Source: Camelus dromedarius (lineage: Eukaryota). Taken from it: a DNA stretch of 64,000 nt. Within the stretch, counting starts at the first letter, position 1. Each line of letters begins with the position of its first letter. Position numbers and translations under genes: made by a program. The stretch covers positions 59,832,001-59,896,000 of the forward strand of contig NC_087437.1 in NCBI RefSeq assembly GCF_036321535.1, read 5' to 3'. Below are positions 63,620 through 64,000 of the stretch, piece by piece. The notes beneath the pieces are model-generated. The model did no database searches, was not told the origin of the DNA, and saw nothing but the letters and a program-made list of their open reading frames with translations.

Positions 63620-64000
63620 CCCCAAACACACGTTCACCTCAGGGCCTTTGCACCAGCGGCTCCCTCTGTTCAAAACAGTCTCCCCCAGAATCGTCACATG
63701 CCTGGATCTTTCTAGCCCTTCAGGTGCCAGTTCAAATGTCACCCCCTGTGATCTTCCCTGATGAAAAAAGTAGCTACTCCCCCCAGTCCTGGCTATGCAA
63801 TTACCAGATTTATTTTCTCCATAGCATTTATCACCACCTGATATTAAGTGTTTAATGTTAAGTAATTTAATGCCGACAGGCCCCAACCAGCCTGTGAGGC
63901 AGCACAAAGGGGGCACCTTGTCTTCCTTGCTCACTGCCATGCACCCAGCTCTTGGCAAAGCGCTTCAGGTGCAGTAGAAGCTGAGCAAATGCTTGCTGTC
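63620..64000. mobile_element. L2 3' fragment
   Basis: cctcagggcctttgcac, ttcaaatgtcaccccc, ttctccatagcatttatcacc, ttgctcactgcc...cccagc...aaatgcttg. Confidence 0.8.

Larger units (their letters stand above)
58110..64000 (-). other. XXYLT1: XXYLT1 intron upstream of the exon (intron 1, 3' part)
   Basis: Ends at the AG acceptor (58111-58110). No CpG island or first exon seen in the window. Confidence 0.8.

Noticed and set aside
1..64000. Window-wide AP-1 site enrichment; prokaryote-type systems (CRISPR arrays, operons); snRNA, snoRNA or miRNA genes
   Set aside because: About ten TGA(G/C)TCA sites is near chance expectation for 64 kb. No regularly spaced repeat-spacer array is present, the DNA is clearly mammalian intron, and I saw no recognisable small-RNA gene.

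Overview
Mammalian genomic DNA. Six copies of a tRNA-derived SINE of the camelid type suggest alpaca, llama or camel. The window lies entirely inside the XXYLT1 gene (xyloside xylosyltransferase 1, GT8 family) on the minus strand. Only one coding exon is recognisable: a 148-nt internal exon at 57962-58109 (-), equivalent to exon 2, encoding VVFHDVGVLTDRLFPVVEAMQKHFSAGSGTYYSDSIFFLSVAMHQIMPK. The rest is intron filled with interspersed repeats (L1, L2, MIR, MaLR/MLT1 LTRs, hAT MITEs, camelid SINEs with TSDs). Almost all ORFs in the track are chance or repeat-derived. I found no convincing novel multi-gene system. Four observations stand out. (1) A MER41-like ERV1 solo LTR in sense with the gene keeps tandem STAT GAS motifs but has a degenerate poly(A) signal. 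(2) An ancient RTE-clade LINE fossil at ~4.2-5.0 kb still shows RT/thumb motifs in protein space. (3) A 26-bp near-perfect copy sits 1 kb from its source at a repeat junction. (4) There is a perfect DR1 nuclear-receptor element. Repeat family names are from recall of consensus sequences and most repeat boundaries are approximate.
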